The notes under the pieces are model-generated. The model was not told where the DNA came from. It saw only the letters and a program-made list of their open reading frames with translations, and searched no databases. A program made the position numbers and the translations under genes. Below are positions 13,801 to 24,742 of a stretch of 64,000 nucleotides of DNA, piece by piece. This DNA comes from Torpedo marmorata (taxonomy: Eukaryota). How positions within the stretch are numbered: the stretch's first letter is position 1; each line of letters begins with the position of its first letter. Location: assembly GCA_977017645.1 (NCBI GenBank), contig OZ360231.1, forward strand, positions 50,344,001 to 50,408,000, given 5' to 3'.

Positions 13801-15180
13801 CAATCCTGAAGGACTGTCGAAGAAGAAATAGAACAATTTGCCAACTCATCATTCAGTTCTGTTATCATTCATATTCTTGTGATCATGTGAGTTTTTTCTG
13901 CATCTTATGCTAAAAGCTCTGTGCAACTTGAGAGCCTAACATAGAGATGATTTCTGCAAAAGTACATGAATCTCTTGGGGTGAAATGACACTTCAAGGCT
14001 TCAAATCCAGGACAAACGATGGACTTCTTTTCTTTGGCTTTGAGTCAGATGGATCCTGCAGAGCTGAAGGATTCAGCAAGGAACAAGTGAAGTGCTCTTC
14101 TGTGGTGTTGGAGGCTGCTTCCAAGTTTCTGTGAGAAATGTGAATGGAATTTTGAATAATGCAGCCTGTCAGAAAATGATTTTCAGTGAAATATGGATGC
14201 TTAAGTATACCTGAAAGTCAAATTACATTACTTATGTCTCTCCTATGTAATCCCCTAATACTTTGCAAACCAGTAAACTTTGGCCTTTCAAACAATTCGG
14301 TTAAGGATTACATTGACTGACATATCTGAATCTCAAAGAGAGGAAGGTTTGCAGATACCTTGGATGTTAATATACTTTCAAGGTTACCCAAGTCAAAATC
14401 CTCTTGTACTGTATTATCTCATCAATTTGCTGCACATTGAATCAGAGAGCCTGTATGTCTCATTCTCTACCAGCATCCTTCTCTTCATGGACTTCCTCTT
14501 CTCACAGCTATTTAGGTGTGTTAAGCTTGCATGTATCGTATTATATCAAGTTCTTATTCCACATCTTCACTGTATATATATATATATATATATATATAAT
14601 TACAAATACCAATTATAGCCACTCAAATACTGTAGACTGCTAAATCTAAGGATGAATAATGGAATGGGTTTGATTGTCAAAGTAGCCAAATGCAAAAAAG
14701 ACAGCAAGATCTTGCTCTTCAGTAATCATCTTTGTTGACCTAAGTATTCCCAGGTTTGTGGCCGACCACATGGATGGTTGATGACTGGCATGAACTTGCT
14801 GGACCCAAGGGCCTGTTTCCATGATGCATCTCCCTCTTTGACTCCAGGATTCCACCTGCATTGCATGCTGCCAGACCACAGTTGAAGCCAATCACTGTCT
14901 TTGCTTCCTTCATCTTGTGCAGTCACGTTCTTCACCCTATATGTTAGATTCTCCTTTGGATATGGGTTCCAGCTCTCATAGTCAGAGACTGGAGGATATC
15001 TTGTTTTCAGTGCCACTTTCTGTATCTAAAAGCTGTCCACTTTGAGACTTTTCCTGAATACAAAGTAGACATTACTAAATGTAAAAAGATATTGCAAAAT
15101 ATGAAAAAAGATTATATATTAATATTTTCTATATTGTCAAGTAGCAGAATTGGCACTGCATCACGGTTCAACACAAATAC

Positions 15181-15270
15181 CTTTAAATTCTTGGTCCTCC
15201 GTGTCACTATTTTCAGATATAGGAGCTTGACTAAATGCATTAGAAGCATCAGAGTTTGTCAGCTCATGGT
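15181..15270 (-). CDS. Repeat-exon gene, 90-nt exon (DHELTNSDASNAFSQAPISENSDTEDQEFK)
   Basis: gtttttgttgtcccttgcAG ... aaag|GTattt; 90 nt, open. Confidence 0.8.
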
Positions 15271-15409
15271 CTGCAAGGGACAACAAAAACAACCAAATAG
15301 AAACATTATGTTTTTAATGAGAATCACATAAGTACCAATAATTTGCTTTTTCTAGATATTTGCCATGCACCTAGATAATTACAATCTCCAGAATCCAAAA
15401 GCAATAGGA

Positions 15410-16290
15410 CATGCTGTGATGAATGCATTGTAATTGAGCAATGGGATATAGAAAGATTGAGTAATTGTGTGAAAACTTGGCAAATGGAGTTTAATGCAAG
15501 AAGTGCAAGGTCATGCACTTCAGTAAGAGGGATCAAAAGATAGTTCATTATCTAAATTAAGTGAGACTGTAAATGAGTGAAATTCAGAGGGATCTAAGTT
15601 TTTGAGCGCATGAATCACAAAATAACAGCAGACAGGTCCAACAAGTAGTTCAACGGCATTTTGGACTTTACTGTATAGAAGTTGCAATTTAAGAATTGTG
15701 AGGTATTGTTATAATTGCACAGAGTGTTTGTGAGGCTAAACTTGAAATATCATGGAGAGGTTTGGTCATCTTACCTAAAAAAGGAAAAAGTAGCATTGGA
15801 GGCAGTCCAAAGGAGATTCACCAAGCTAATTGCTGGGATGAGACAATTGTCCTATCAAGAGATAGAGACTAGACAATTTGGGTCTGTATTCCATGAAGAA
15901 TGAAGGTGACCTTAGTCAAACATACAAGATCCTAAAGGGTTTAACAGGATAGTTGCTGAGACCTTTCACAGGTTAAAGAGTCAGAAATAAGGGGACATGG
16001 CTGCAAAAGAGGGGATGGTTGTTTAAAATCATGGTGCACAGAGATTTCTTCTCTCAGAGGGTAATGAATCTTTGGAATTCTCTGTCCCCTAGGACAGTGG
16101 AGCATAGATCGATAGATGTATTTACAATGGAAATGGATAAATATCTGAAAAATCAGGGAATTGAGGGTTTTGGGGACCTAACACAAAAGAGCAGCTGAGA
16201 CCAACAGAGATCAGACATGATCATATTGAATGGCATGCAGGCTTGTCGGACCTGATGGTCTATACCTGCGCGCATTTCCTCATAATCTTC
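15410..16290 (+). mobile_element. Old degraded CR1 LINE 3' part
   Basis: WQMEFNARSARSCT, VALEAVQRRFTKLIAGMRQLSYQE and a CR1 3' UTR-like tail (gatcagacatgatcatattgaatggc). Confidence 0.75.
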
Positions 16291-17327
16291 TACTGGCCCA
16301 TCAATATAATTCAGACATGCAACTTCCTTAAATGCAGTGAGATGCACAATATAGTACCCGCAGTTTCATGCAAAATACAATATATTGTTAGCTGGATATA
16401 CTTTACACAAACATGCAGAACAAACAAGTGCTGAGCAACATTTCTGAAACACATGATTAAAGCATCAACTGCTTTGTCACTGTTTAAAATGGAGAAATTG
16501 CTTATAGACAGTATATGATATGGGCTTCTTCAACAATAGGACAGGCTGGCTAGGTGTTATCCATAACTTGAATACATTGAAAGGAGGACCAATGACATCA
16601 ACTGTTTGTCAATGAAGAGTCCTCATTGCAACAGGCCATCAAGGAGCTACCTATGCAAACCCCATTATCCTGCTCTCAGCCTATATATGCCATGGTGCTT
16701 CAAGTATTTCTTAAAATATAATGAGAGTATCTGCTTCCACCCCCTCCCCTGGCAATGTATTCTAGATCTCAATGACCCTCATGTGTTACAGTAAAAACAC
16801 AGAAATGCTGGAGGAACTCAGCAGGTGTCATAGCATCCATAGGAGGTTAAGATATATAACCGACGTTTCGGGGAGAGCAGAAAAAAAACCCATTTAGCAG
16901 TCACTGATCCCACAAAAGGTATCAGCTTATTTTAGATTTGTTTTACTGACTCCTGGTGAGATTCCAGTAATTAAGAACTTGCCACCTGAAGAATATAACT
17001 GACAAATTGTTCTACATGTTCCACTTAGTCTAGCTTTGCTAGACATCAGTGATGTAATGCTATTTTGAACATCAGCTTTATTTGGGAAAACTCGATGGAA
17101 AATTTGACTTTTGACATTACTCTAAAATTAACACATTTATCCAAGTATCAGCGGGTTTTTATTTCTGGTCCAGTCACTTCTTATTCCACTTGTTACAGCT
17201 CTATGCCAGTCTCCCTCTCCCCCACCTGAGTCTTTCTGTCCATCACCCCTCCTCAGTCCACTAATCACTTAATAGCCCCCGTCTTCTCCCTCCCTCTCTT
17301 CTTTATACTGGCCATCTTCCCATCTAT

Positions 17328-17554
17328 GCGTGGCACGGTTAGCGTAACGCTGATACAGCGCCAATGACCGGGACCGGGGTTAGAATCCGACGCTGTCTGT
17401 AAGGAGTTTGTACGTTCTCCCTGTGTCTGCATGGGTTTCCTCCGGGTGCTCCGGTTTCCTCCCACCGTTTAAAATGTACCAGGGTTGTAGGTTAATTGGG
17501 CGACATGGGCTTGTGGGCCGAAAGGGCCTGTTACCGTGCTGTATGTCTAAATTT
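17328..17554 (+). mobile_element. tRNA-derived SINE with CR1-like tail
   Basis: A-box-like tggcacggttagcgta, B-box-like ggttagaatcc, V-SINE-like core gtttgtacgttctccc..tgcatgggtttcctccgggtgctccggtttcctcccac, tail gggccgaaagggcctgttaccgtgctgtatgtctaaattt; homologous to the copies at 21815 and 31036. Confidence 0.85.
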
Positions 17555-19610
17555 CCCTCTCCGCCTTGAAGAAGGGTCCCAGCCTAAAATGTCAACTTTC
17601 CATTTTCCCCCACCACTGAGTTCCTCCAGCAAATTTTCTGCATCCAATGTCTTTCACTTTAGATTTCTGCATCTGTAGTCTCTTGTGTCTCCTGTTACTG
17701 CTGTTTTATGCCAACCAAAAAACTTTGGTCAAGGAAAACCTTTTCGCTGCAACCTTTTGCTCATATTTTACTTCTCTTCATAGCAGGTAACAGGATATTA
17801 CAAAATGGACAGACATTTTGTTTCATTGCCAGTAATATGCCTGCTGAGCAGCAATAAAACAGATTCTCTAAAGGCCTATTCTGTTTTCAATACCATAGAT
17901 TTATTTCAAATTGTTCTTTAATAAGAGAAGCTCCTGAAGTCAGACTTAATCTGCACTTGGAATTCAAGCATTGGACATTTTAAAAAGATGGCCTCCATAA
18001 GATGTCACCAAATAGAGAACACTTTGAGACCCTCCACTTTGCAATGGAGCTCGAATTTCCTGCAAGTGGCAAGCCTGTAGGGATTCAGCGCTGTGCGATA
18101 AAAGTGAAAGCTTACCTCACTGTTAATTTTTAATTGCCAGTTCAATTCTCAACAATGAGGCCTGAATAGTAAGGCATATGTTGGGAGGCAGAAGATGTTT
18201 TTCCAGGTGAAATGGAGAAATCTTTATCAACAAGTTAAACCACATCCTTGCATAGCCAATTCTGAAAACTGTCAGGTTCCGAATGTCACTGAATACATAC
18301 CGTAATTAACCTGGAATTTCCAATGCCATCTCAATGCTAATACTGATTACTGAAATAACGGTTTCCAGCACTGGCATGTCTACTCCTACTCTGCTGCTAT
18401 AGACTGCTCTTGTGCTGCATCAGTAACCTGAGGGAATCCAACAGGGGTGCTGGGAGGCCTGGCTCCTGAGCTTGCGCTGTGTTAAACATGATTAAATTAT
18501 TAAATAAACACATTAAATGAAGAGTAGTTATCAGTTTCTGGGGGAAAAAAGGGATTAAGTAGCTATTTATTTGTTAGTTTCAATGTTTTTATTTTTTCAG
18601 TATGAAAATATCAGAATGAGAAAAATATTGGGGCAGGTGCAGGATTGGTATAAAAGGTGGGCTTTAGTGGTCAGTGCACCCAGTGAGCCAAAGGGCATAT
18701 TGAAAAATTAGAGCCAGAGAATCAACAATATTTTTTTAATTTTTTAAAAAAACTGGTCCCAAATGTTATTGAACATTTGCAAATGTCAAAGCTGTTTTCT
18801 CTGTCTAGTAGAGTGTCTGCCAAGATTCCCCCTATGCTGCCTCAGCCATGCTGAAGAGCTGGGACTCAGGCTTCCAGAGGAAGACGGTACTGAGAGTCTT
18901 GCCAGAACAAATGGTGTGGTTCATCAGCAGTCCCCATTTGTGAGGCAGCAGAAAATCTGCCCCATTAAAAATTAAAAATCCACAAAGTAAAACATTTTAG
19001 AACAAACCATTAAAAATCTTCCACTAAAAATTGTAAATTGTCAATTACCCAGCTTGTTCCCTCACAACCATTTGTTGCCTTGCAAATGAATGGATTTGGT
19101 GTTCAGATGGCAGCTTCGCAGTGTAAGTGCTGGGGAACTGATACTACCTCTCCATTTATTGCTGGACTCTATGATGAATCCAACATTGCAGCACAGAAGC
19201 AATGATGAGCAACTGAAGCAGGGAACTCAAACTAAAAAGCACGAAGGCAAGAAGGAGCCCAGCATTTCTATGAGAGCTTAATTGGCATTTTGCTAAAAAA
19301 ATATGGCCCATTTTCTAGCCAATAAGAATAGGGAAAGCTAATTATTAACTCCTCAAAGGCACAACAAAGGATCAATTCCAACAACATTTACAAAGCCTAA
19401 TGATTATAAGGTGAGAAACAAAGACTGGATGTAACAATATTCCAGCACTGTAAAGACACACTTGAAGGGTGATGCAATGATATAAGCATTCTGTTTGAAT
19501 GCCTGTACACCTAACATTAATACATACAAACATAGCCAAACACAACTTTTACAATTCGTGCAATGTATGACATTGACCAGCAAGTTTATTTTGCAGAAGA
19601 GCAATCAAAA

Positions 19611-19770
19611 GACATAATGTGCTATGGAGTATACCACTTACCCAACACAAGGCATAATGTGCTATGGAGTATACCACTTACCCAACACAAGACATAATGT
19701 GCTATGCAGTATACCACTTACCCAACACAAGGCATAATGTGCTATGGAGTATACCACTTACCCAACACAA
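19611..19770. repeat. Minisatellite, 4 x 40 bp (grcataatgtgctatgsagtataccacttacccaacacaa)
   Basis: Four near-identical head-to-tail units with no spacers. Confidence 0.95.
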
Positions 19771-20124
19771 CTGTCAAAGAAATAAACCAGAGATTATTTT
19801 GGTCTAATAAAATGGTAACTCAGTTTTAATATCACAGACTGTTATCACTTCGGACATGCATTAAAATGCAGACACTATCTCAAAATAGTCAAGTAAATAG
19901 ATGATCACTGATTTATACAAAGCTAAATGTCAATTCACTAGCTTTTATATATTTTCAAGTGTACTGTCTTTTGGATCTCTTTATAATGAATATATATTAG
20001 CAGTAAAAGTTAATTTGCCAAAATAACAGAATTGCAGAATGGGTTATTTAACATATTATCAAACCAATTTTGCTTAACATTATACAGCATCATTACAATT
20101 CACATCATAGTTTACCACAAGTAC

Positions 20125-20214
20125 CTGTGAAAGTCTTGTCCTCTATGTGGTCAAGCTCAGAAACAAGGGTTGGAATGAACACATGAAAAGTGTCAGAGGT
20201 TGGCAGCTTATGGT
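20125..20214 (-). CDS. Repeat-exon gene, 90-nt exon (DHKLPTSDTFHVFIPTLVSELDHIEDKTFT)
   Basis: tttctttgtcatcctttatAG ... acag|GTactt; 90 nt, open. Confidence 0.8.
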
Positions 20215-20439
20215 CTATAAAGGATGACAAAGAAACCAAATACAAATCTTGTATCTTTACCCAGAAAAACAAGTGTCAATACCTGCTTTTTTGTGTGTAA
20301 CATTTAAGACTGCATTTTAATTGGGTCAATGCATTAATTTAAATATAACCAATGAATTGTTAAGAAAAAAGTAATGTTTTAACTCCAAAGACTTAAAATT
20401 GAAGAACCCTGGGTGGAATGTTTGGTATTTTCCATCAAT

Positions 20440-21203
20440 AAAAATGGCAGCACTGCCAGAGCTGCTCTAACGGCAGCACTGCCATTGGTATGGTCCTGGG
20501 AGGGCGGAGTCACAGCGCTGCTTCGAAGGGTACAACTGCCCGGTCCTAAAGCCACGCGGCTCCGTACAGGCATTAAACGGCCTGTTATAGGAGCCGACGG
20601 TGTTTTTCAATCAAAGGCCTGCAACCATGGGTCTGTGCCCAAGATGGCGGCACCTGTGCTTGGCATTGGCCATGAGGAGCTGCGGACTGACCAGAAACAA
20701 GGGGAACACCCCCTCCCCCCATTGGAGAAGGAGAAGCAGAGGAGTTGACCCTGCAGGACGGTGACCCCGGCGGTGGACCAGCGAGGAGCTCAGCGGCTGA
20801 GGGACCCACACAGGTTGCAGGCCACTTGCGGTCGGGGGACCCGCACGGGCTGTGGGCTGCTGGAGACTGGCTCATGGGAACCAGGTATCGGAGCCGGGAT
20901 TTGAGAGGGTGCTGAGGGCAAGAAGGGCTCCCGAAGAGCCTCAGGAGCTGAAGGCTTCCTGATCGTGTCGGAGGTTTGGATCTGGAGCTTGGGTTGCCGA
21001 TAGATGGAACAAGTGTCTGTGTGGCTGCAGAGGCTCCGGAAGCACTAGAGGTGAATCCACGGACACTCAGTGACTCTGAAGAGACTCTCTTTTGCTTCTC
21101 TTTCTCTCGTTCTGTAAGGGGCACCGGGCCACACTAATGGTGACTCTTTGTCTGCCTTATGGCAGACAGAAGGCAATTTCATGACAATAAAGGAATCTTG
21201 AAT
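20440..21203 (+). mobile_element. GC-rich non-coding retroposon-like insert with LINE-type 3' tail
   Basis: Sharp GC/CpG-rich block in AT-rich intron, ending in hairpin tgtctgccttatggcagaca and atgacaataaaggaatcttgaat, like the gacaataaa tails of the Rex1 copies. Confidence 0.55.
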
Positions 21204-21588
21204 TTGGATACACTAATTAATCAATTGCATAGTTTTCAAACAAGTTAGCCTTAATGGTCTTTTATATTTCATGCATTATTTGTCCTTAAGACCTATTGTT
21301 AACAATTCCTCAATATACCATGCACATCAGCTTTGCCACAATTTAAATATTCTGTTGCAGCAGTTTAATTTCATGTGGTCAAATAGAAATGATTACCTGG
21401 CAAACCTCAACCAAAAATTGAAAATAATTCTATAAAAGTTAAATATTAAATAAATGTTCTTAAAGTGTTGGACACACAGCTGATAGAAAAAAAGCATGCA
21501 AAATTCTGAATCATGCAAGAGGTGAATGTGCATAAAATTTTCTCCATTGTCATTATTTACTCTTTAAAGCCTGGTTGTTTTTGAATAC

Positions 21589-21669
21589 CTGTCAGTTTTT
21601 TCTCTCTTGTACTATAAGCATGGGTTGGATCAGACAATTTTGTAGTCTTAATTGTTGAGGGTTCATGGT
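21589..21669 (-). CDS. Repeat-exon gene, 81-nt exon (DHEPSTIKTTKLSDPTHAYSTREKKLT)
   Basis: ttttttttgttatctgttacAG ... acag|GTattc; 81 nt, open, DHE start. Confidence 0.75.
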
Positions 21670-21814
21670 CTGTAACAGATAACAAAAAAAACAACCCTGA
21701 ATGAAATAAACAAAGTGAAAAATGCACAAGTGTGGATATGTGCGTCTGGATGTGTGATTGGCCAGATAGTCTGTTCCTGCTCTGATTTCTTATGTTCTTA
21801 TTCATAAATAAATA

Positions 21815-22126
21815 GGGGTGGCACAGTTGGCGTAGCGGTTAGCACAACGCCTTTACAGCGCCAGCGATCGGGACCGGACCGGGGTTTGAATCCGGCGCTG
21901 TCTGTAAGGAGTTTGTATGTTCTCCCCGTGTCTGCGTGGGTTTTCTCCGGGGGCTCCGGTTTCCTCCTACCGTTCAAAACGTACCGGGGGTGTAGGTTAA
22001 TGGGGTGTAAATTGGGCGGCACGGACTCATGGACAGAAATGGCCTGTTACTGTGCTGTATGTATGTATGTATGTATGTCTAAATTTTAAAATGTTTAAAT
22101 TTAAATTTAAAATAAATTTTAAAAAT
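21815..22126 (+). mobile_element. tRNA-derived SINE with CR1-like tail
   Basis: Same family as the 17328 and 31036 copies; (tatg)n and aaattt tail; flanked by the repeated ttattcataaat (likely TSD). Confidence 0.9.
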
Positions 22127-22459
22127 TTATTCATAAATGTTATTGGCTTTTCCAATTCATAAATGTTATTGGCTTTTCCAAAAGAATAATGCCTCCTCGT
22201 AAAATTCCCTTATTCCATTCAGAACAGAGATTTCATTCCAATTAAGATAATGAAAGAACTTGAGATATTAACTGTGAAATATATTTTTTGTCATAAATGG
22301 AAGGTGACTGAGTCACTGCACAGAAACAGGCCCATTGGTCCAACTTGTCCATGTCAACCATGATACCTATCCATGATAATCCCATTCGCTTGCATTAAAT
22401 CTATAGCCCTCTACACCTTTCCTATCCCAGTACATATCCAAATGCCTTTTAAGTGTTGT

Positions 22460-23660
22460 AGAAATTCGGTGTTTTGCGGCAGCATCATAGTGCAATTAAC
22501 ATTCATATTAACCGTCTAACGACATTACTATAAAAAAAATTATAAACAATAGTGCACGAAAAGTAAGGCAGTGTCTTTGGTTCATTGATTATTCAGGAAT
22601 CTGATGGCAGCGGGGAAGAAGCTGTCCTTGTGCCGTTGAGTGCTCGTCTTTAGGCTCCTGTACCTTTTTCCCGATGGAAGCAGAGTGAAGGGGGCATGGC
22701 CTGGGTGGTGGGGGTCTTTGAGGATAGAGGCTGCTTTTTTAAGACACCGCCTCATGTAGATGTCCTCGATGGAGTGAAGTTTGGTGCCTGTGATGTCACA
22801 GGCCGAGTTAACAACCTTCTGGAGTTTACTCTTGTCCTGGGAGTTGGCGCCTCCAACCAGGCAGTGATGCAACCAGCCAGAATGCTCTCCACGGTACACC
22901 TGTAGAAGTTTACGAGAGTCTTTGGTGACATACCGAATCTCTGCAGACACCTCACAAAGTATAGCCGCTGACAAGCCTTCTTTGTGATTGCATCAATGTG
23001 GATGCTCCAGGACAGATCCTCGGAGATGTTGACACCCAGGAATTTGAAGTTCTTGACCCTCTCCACGACTGAGCCCTCGATGAGGACTGGGTCGTGTTCC
23101 CCTGACTTCCTCCTGAAGTCCACAATCATCTCCTTGGTTTTGCTGACGTTGAGCTCAAGGTTGTTGCCATTACACCATTCAACGAGCTGATCTATCTCCC
23201 TCCTGTACGCTTCCTCATTGCCGTTTGTGATTCTGCCGACAACTGTGGTGTGATTGGCAAACTTGTAGATGGCATTGGAATTGTGCCTGGCCACACAGTC
23301 ATGGGTGTATAACGAGTAGAGCAGTGGACTAAGCACGCATCCTTGGGGTGCGCCTGTCTCTGTCTCTAGCTTCCTCCGGAATTGCCACTTTGCAAAGATG
23401 GCCTTCCGCAGGTCGTGCCTGGACTTTTTGTAAAGATCCCGGTCCCCGGCCTTAAACGCCCTTGTTCTCGTCCTCAGCAGATTGCGAATTCTCTGATTCA
23501 TCCAGGGCTTCTGGTTGGGGAACACCCGGTATTTGCGCCTGGGCACACACTCATCCACGCAGGTCTTGATGAAGTCGGTGACACCTGTTGCATATTCATT
23601 TAGGTCTATGGCTGAGTGCTTGAATATGTTCCAGTCCACCGATTCAAAGCAGTCCTGAAG
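22460..23660 (-). mobile_element. Rex1/Babar LINE, 3' half (split by BEL insertion)
   Basis: LQDCFESVDWNIF..FPNQKPWMN..TGAPQGCVLSPLLYSLYTHDC..YKFANHTTVVG..FKFLGVNISEDLSW..DPHHPGH. Confidence 0.9.
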
Positions 23661-23665
23661 ACGTT

Positions 23666-24296
23666 TGTAAGAGCCGTAGGCTCGTTTAACTTACCGTTGT
23701 TGCGGCGCTCCGATGTCTAGTCGGGCCTTGGAGCGCTCGCGTTGTTCACCAGGCCGTCCTCGGAGCGCTCCGAGGCCACGTCGGGCCTTGGAGCGCTTGA
23801 GTTGTTCTGTGGGCCGTCGTCGGCCCGTTCTTTGATATGCGCATGCGCGGGAGTGCCGACGGGCGCATGCGCAGTATGGAGTGACGTCATTGTGCGCGTG
23901 GGAGGCTGTGAGTTGTAGTATGCGTGGGGTAGGATGCGCAGAGCCATTAGAGAGAGAGAACAAAGAAAGGATAGAGATGTAGGAGGGTGAGTCTGGTCTC
24001 CACATCTTTATTGACCGTTTTATATCGTTTTATAATGTTTTTATAACTTTAACATCATCTACAGTGTTTCATATCGTTTTGGAATTGTTTAAGGAATAAT
24101 TTAAAGGAACTCATCATACATCGTTTACAAGAACTGTTTATATTAAAGTCATTGAAGATTACTGCAAGTCATGTGTGAAAATAAAGGTTTTGAACATATT
24201 GGACTTTGTTAGTAAATTAATTAAAATGCGTCAAAAGCAAGGACCACACTTAGCCTCCAGATGACTATTGGTGGAGCGAAGTCACCGTTACTTATA
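23666..24296 (+). repeat. 5' LTR of BEL/Pao element
   Basis: Matches 28991-29621 with about 5 substitutions by eye; contains aataaa. Confidence 0.95.
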
Positions 24297-24742
24297 GTCA
24301 ATAAAGGGCTGGCTGTTTGGAACAGAAGTTTGAAAGAAAGAAGATAGAAAAAACTCTCTGTGCTTTGGACTGATATAAATTGGTGGCCATTTTGGAGTTG
24401 CCTCGAGTTGGGGGCAGTTTGTAATCCACTTCCATCTGCCATGAATAACAGCCAGAGAGGGATTTAAAGCTTCAAATCTTATAATAAAGTGTCCTATAAA
24501 TACGTTGGAGAAACTATTTTTGGAAAATCAGTGATATTAGTGACGGATGTTGTGGTTGAAACTCGTTTAAGGATTGCAGCACATTACAGTCATTAGAAGT
24601 GGTAGGCATAAGTCTGTGGACTCCTTCTGTGTATCTTTAGCAAGTAAGAACACAGATTGGAATTGCTGCCGCTGGTCCATTGGGGACTGTTGTTTGACTA
24701 GTGTTGTGTATGCTTGAAGGAAAGAGGAACAAGACGAGTAAA

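Noticed and set aside
13993-14210. Possible alternative terminal exon (tttcAG then GILKHPYF...VLDLKP*)
   Set aside because: Open for 72 codons in phase 1, but it has no homology to the exon family or to any protein I recognise; compatible with chance.
14726-15016. 96-aa ORF MALKTRYPP...
   Set aside because: Its 3' part runs through a CR1 tail remnant (about 14770-14835); no in-phase splice sites link it to the gene.
19611-19770. CRISPR-like array
   Set aside because: Units are contiguous with no unique spacers, there are no cas genes, and the context is eukaryotic.
23691-24005. Duplicated 104-aa ORFs (also 29016-29330)
   Set aside because: They are GC-rich LTR sequence duplicated as LTRs, with no protein features.
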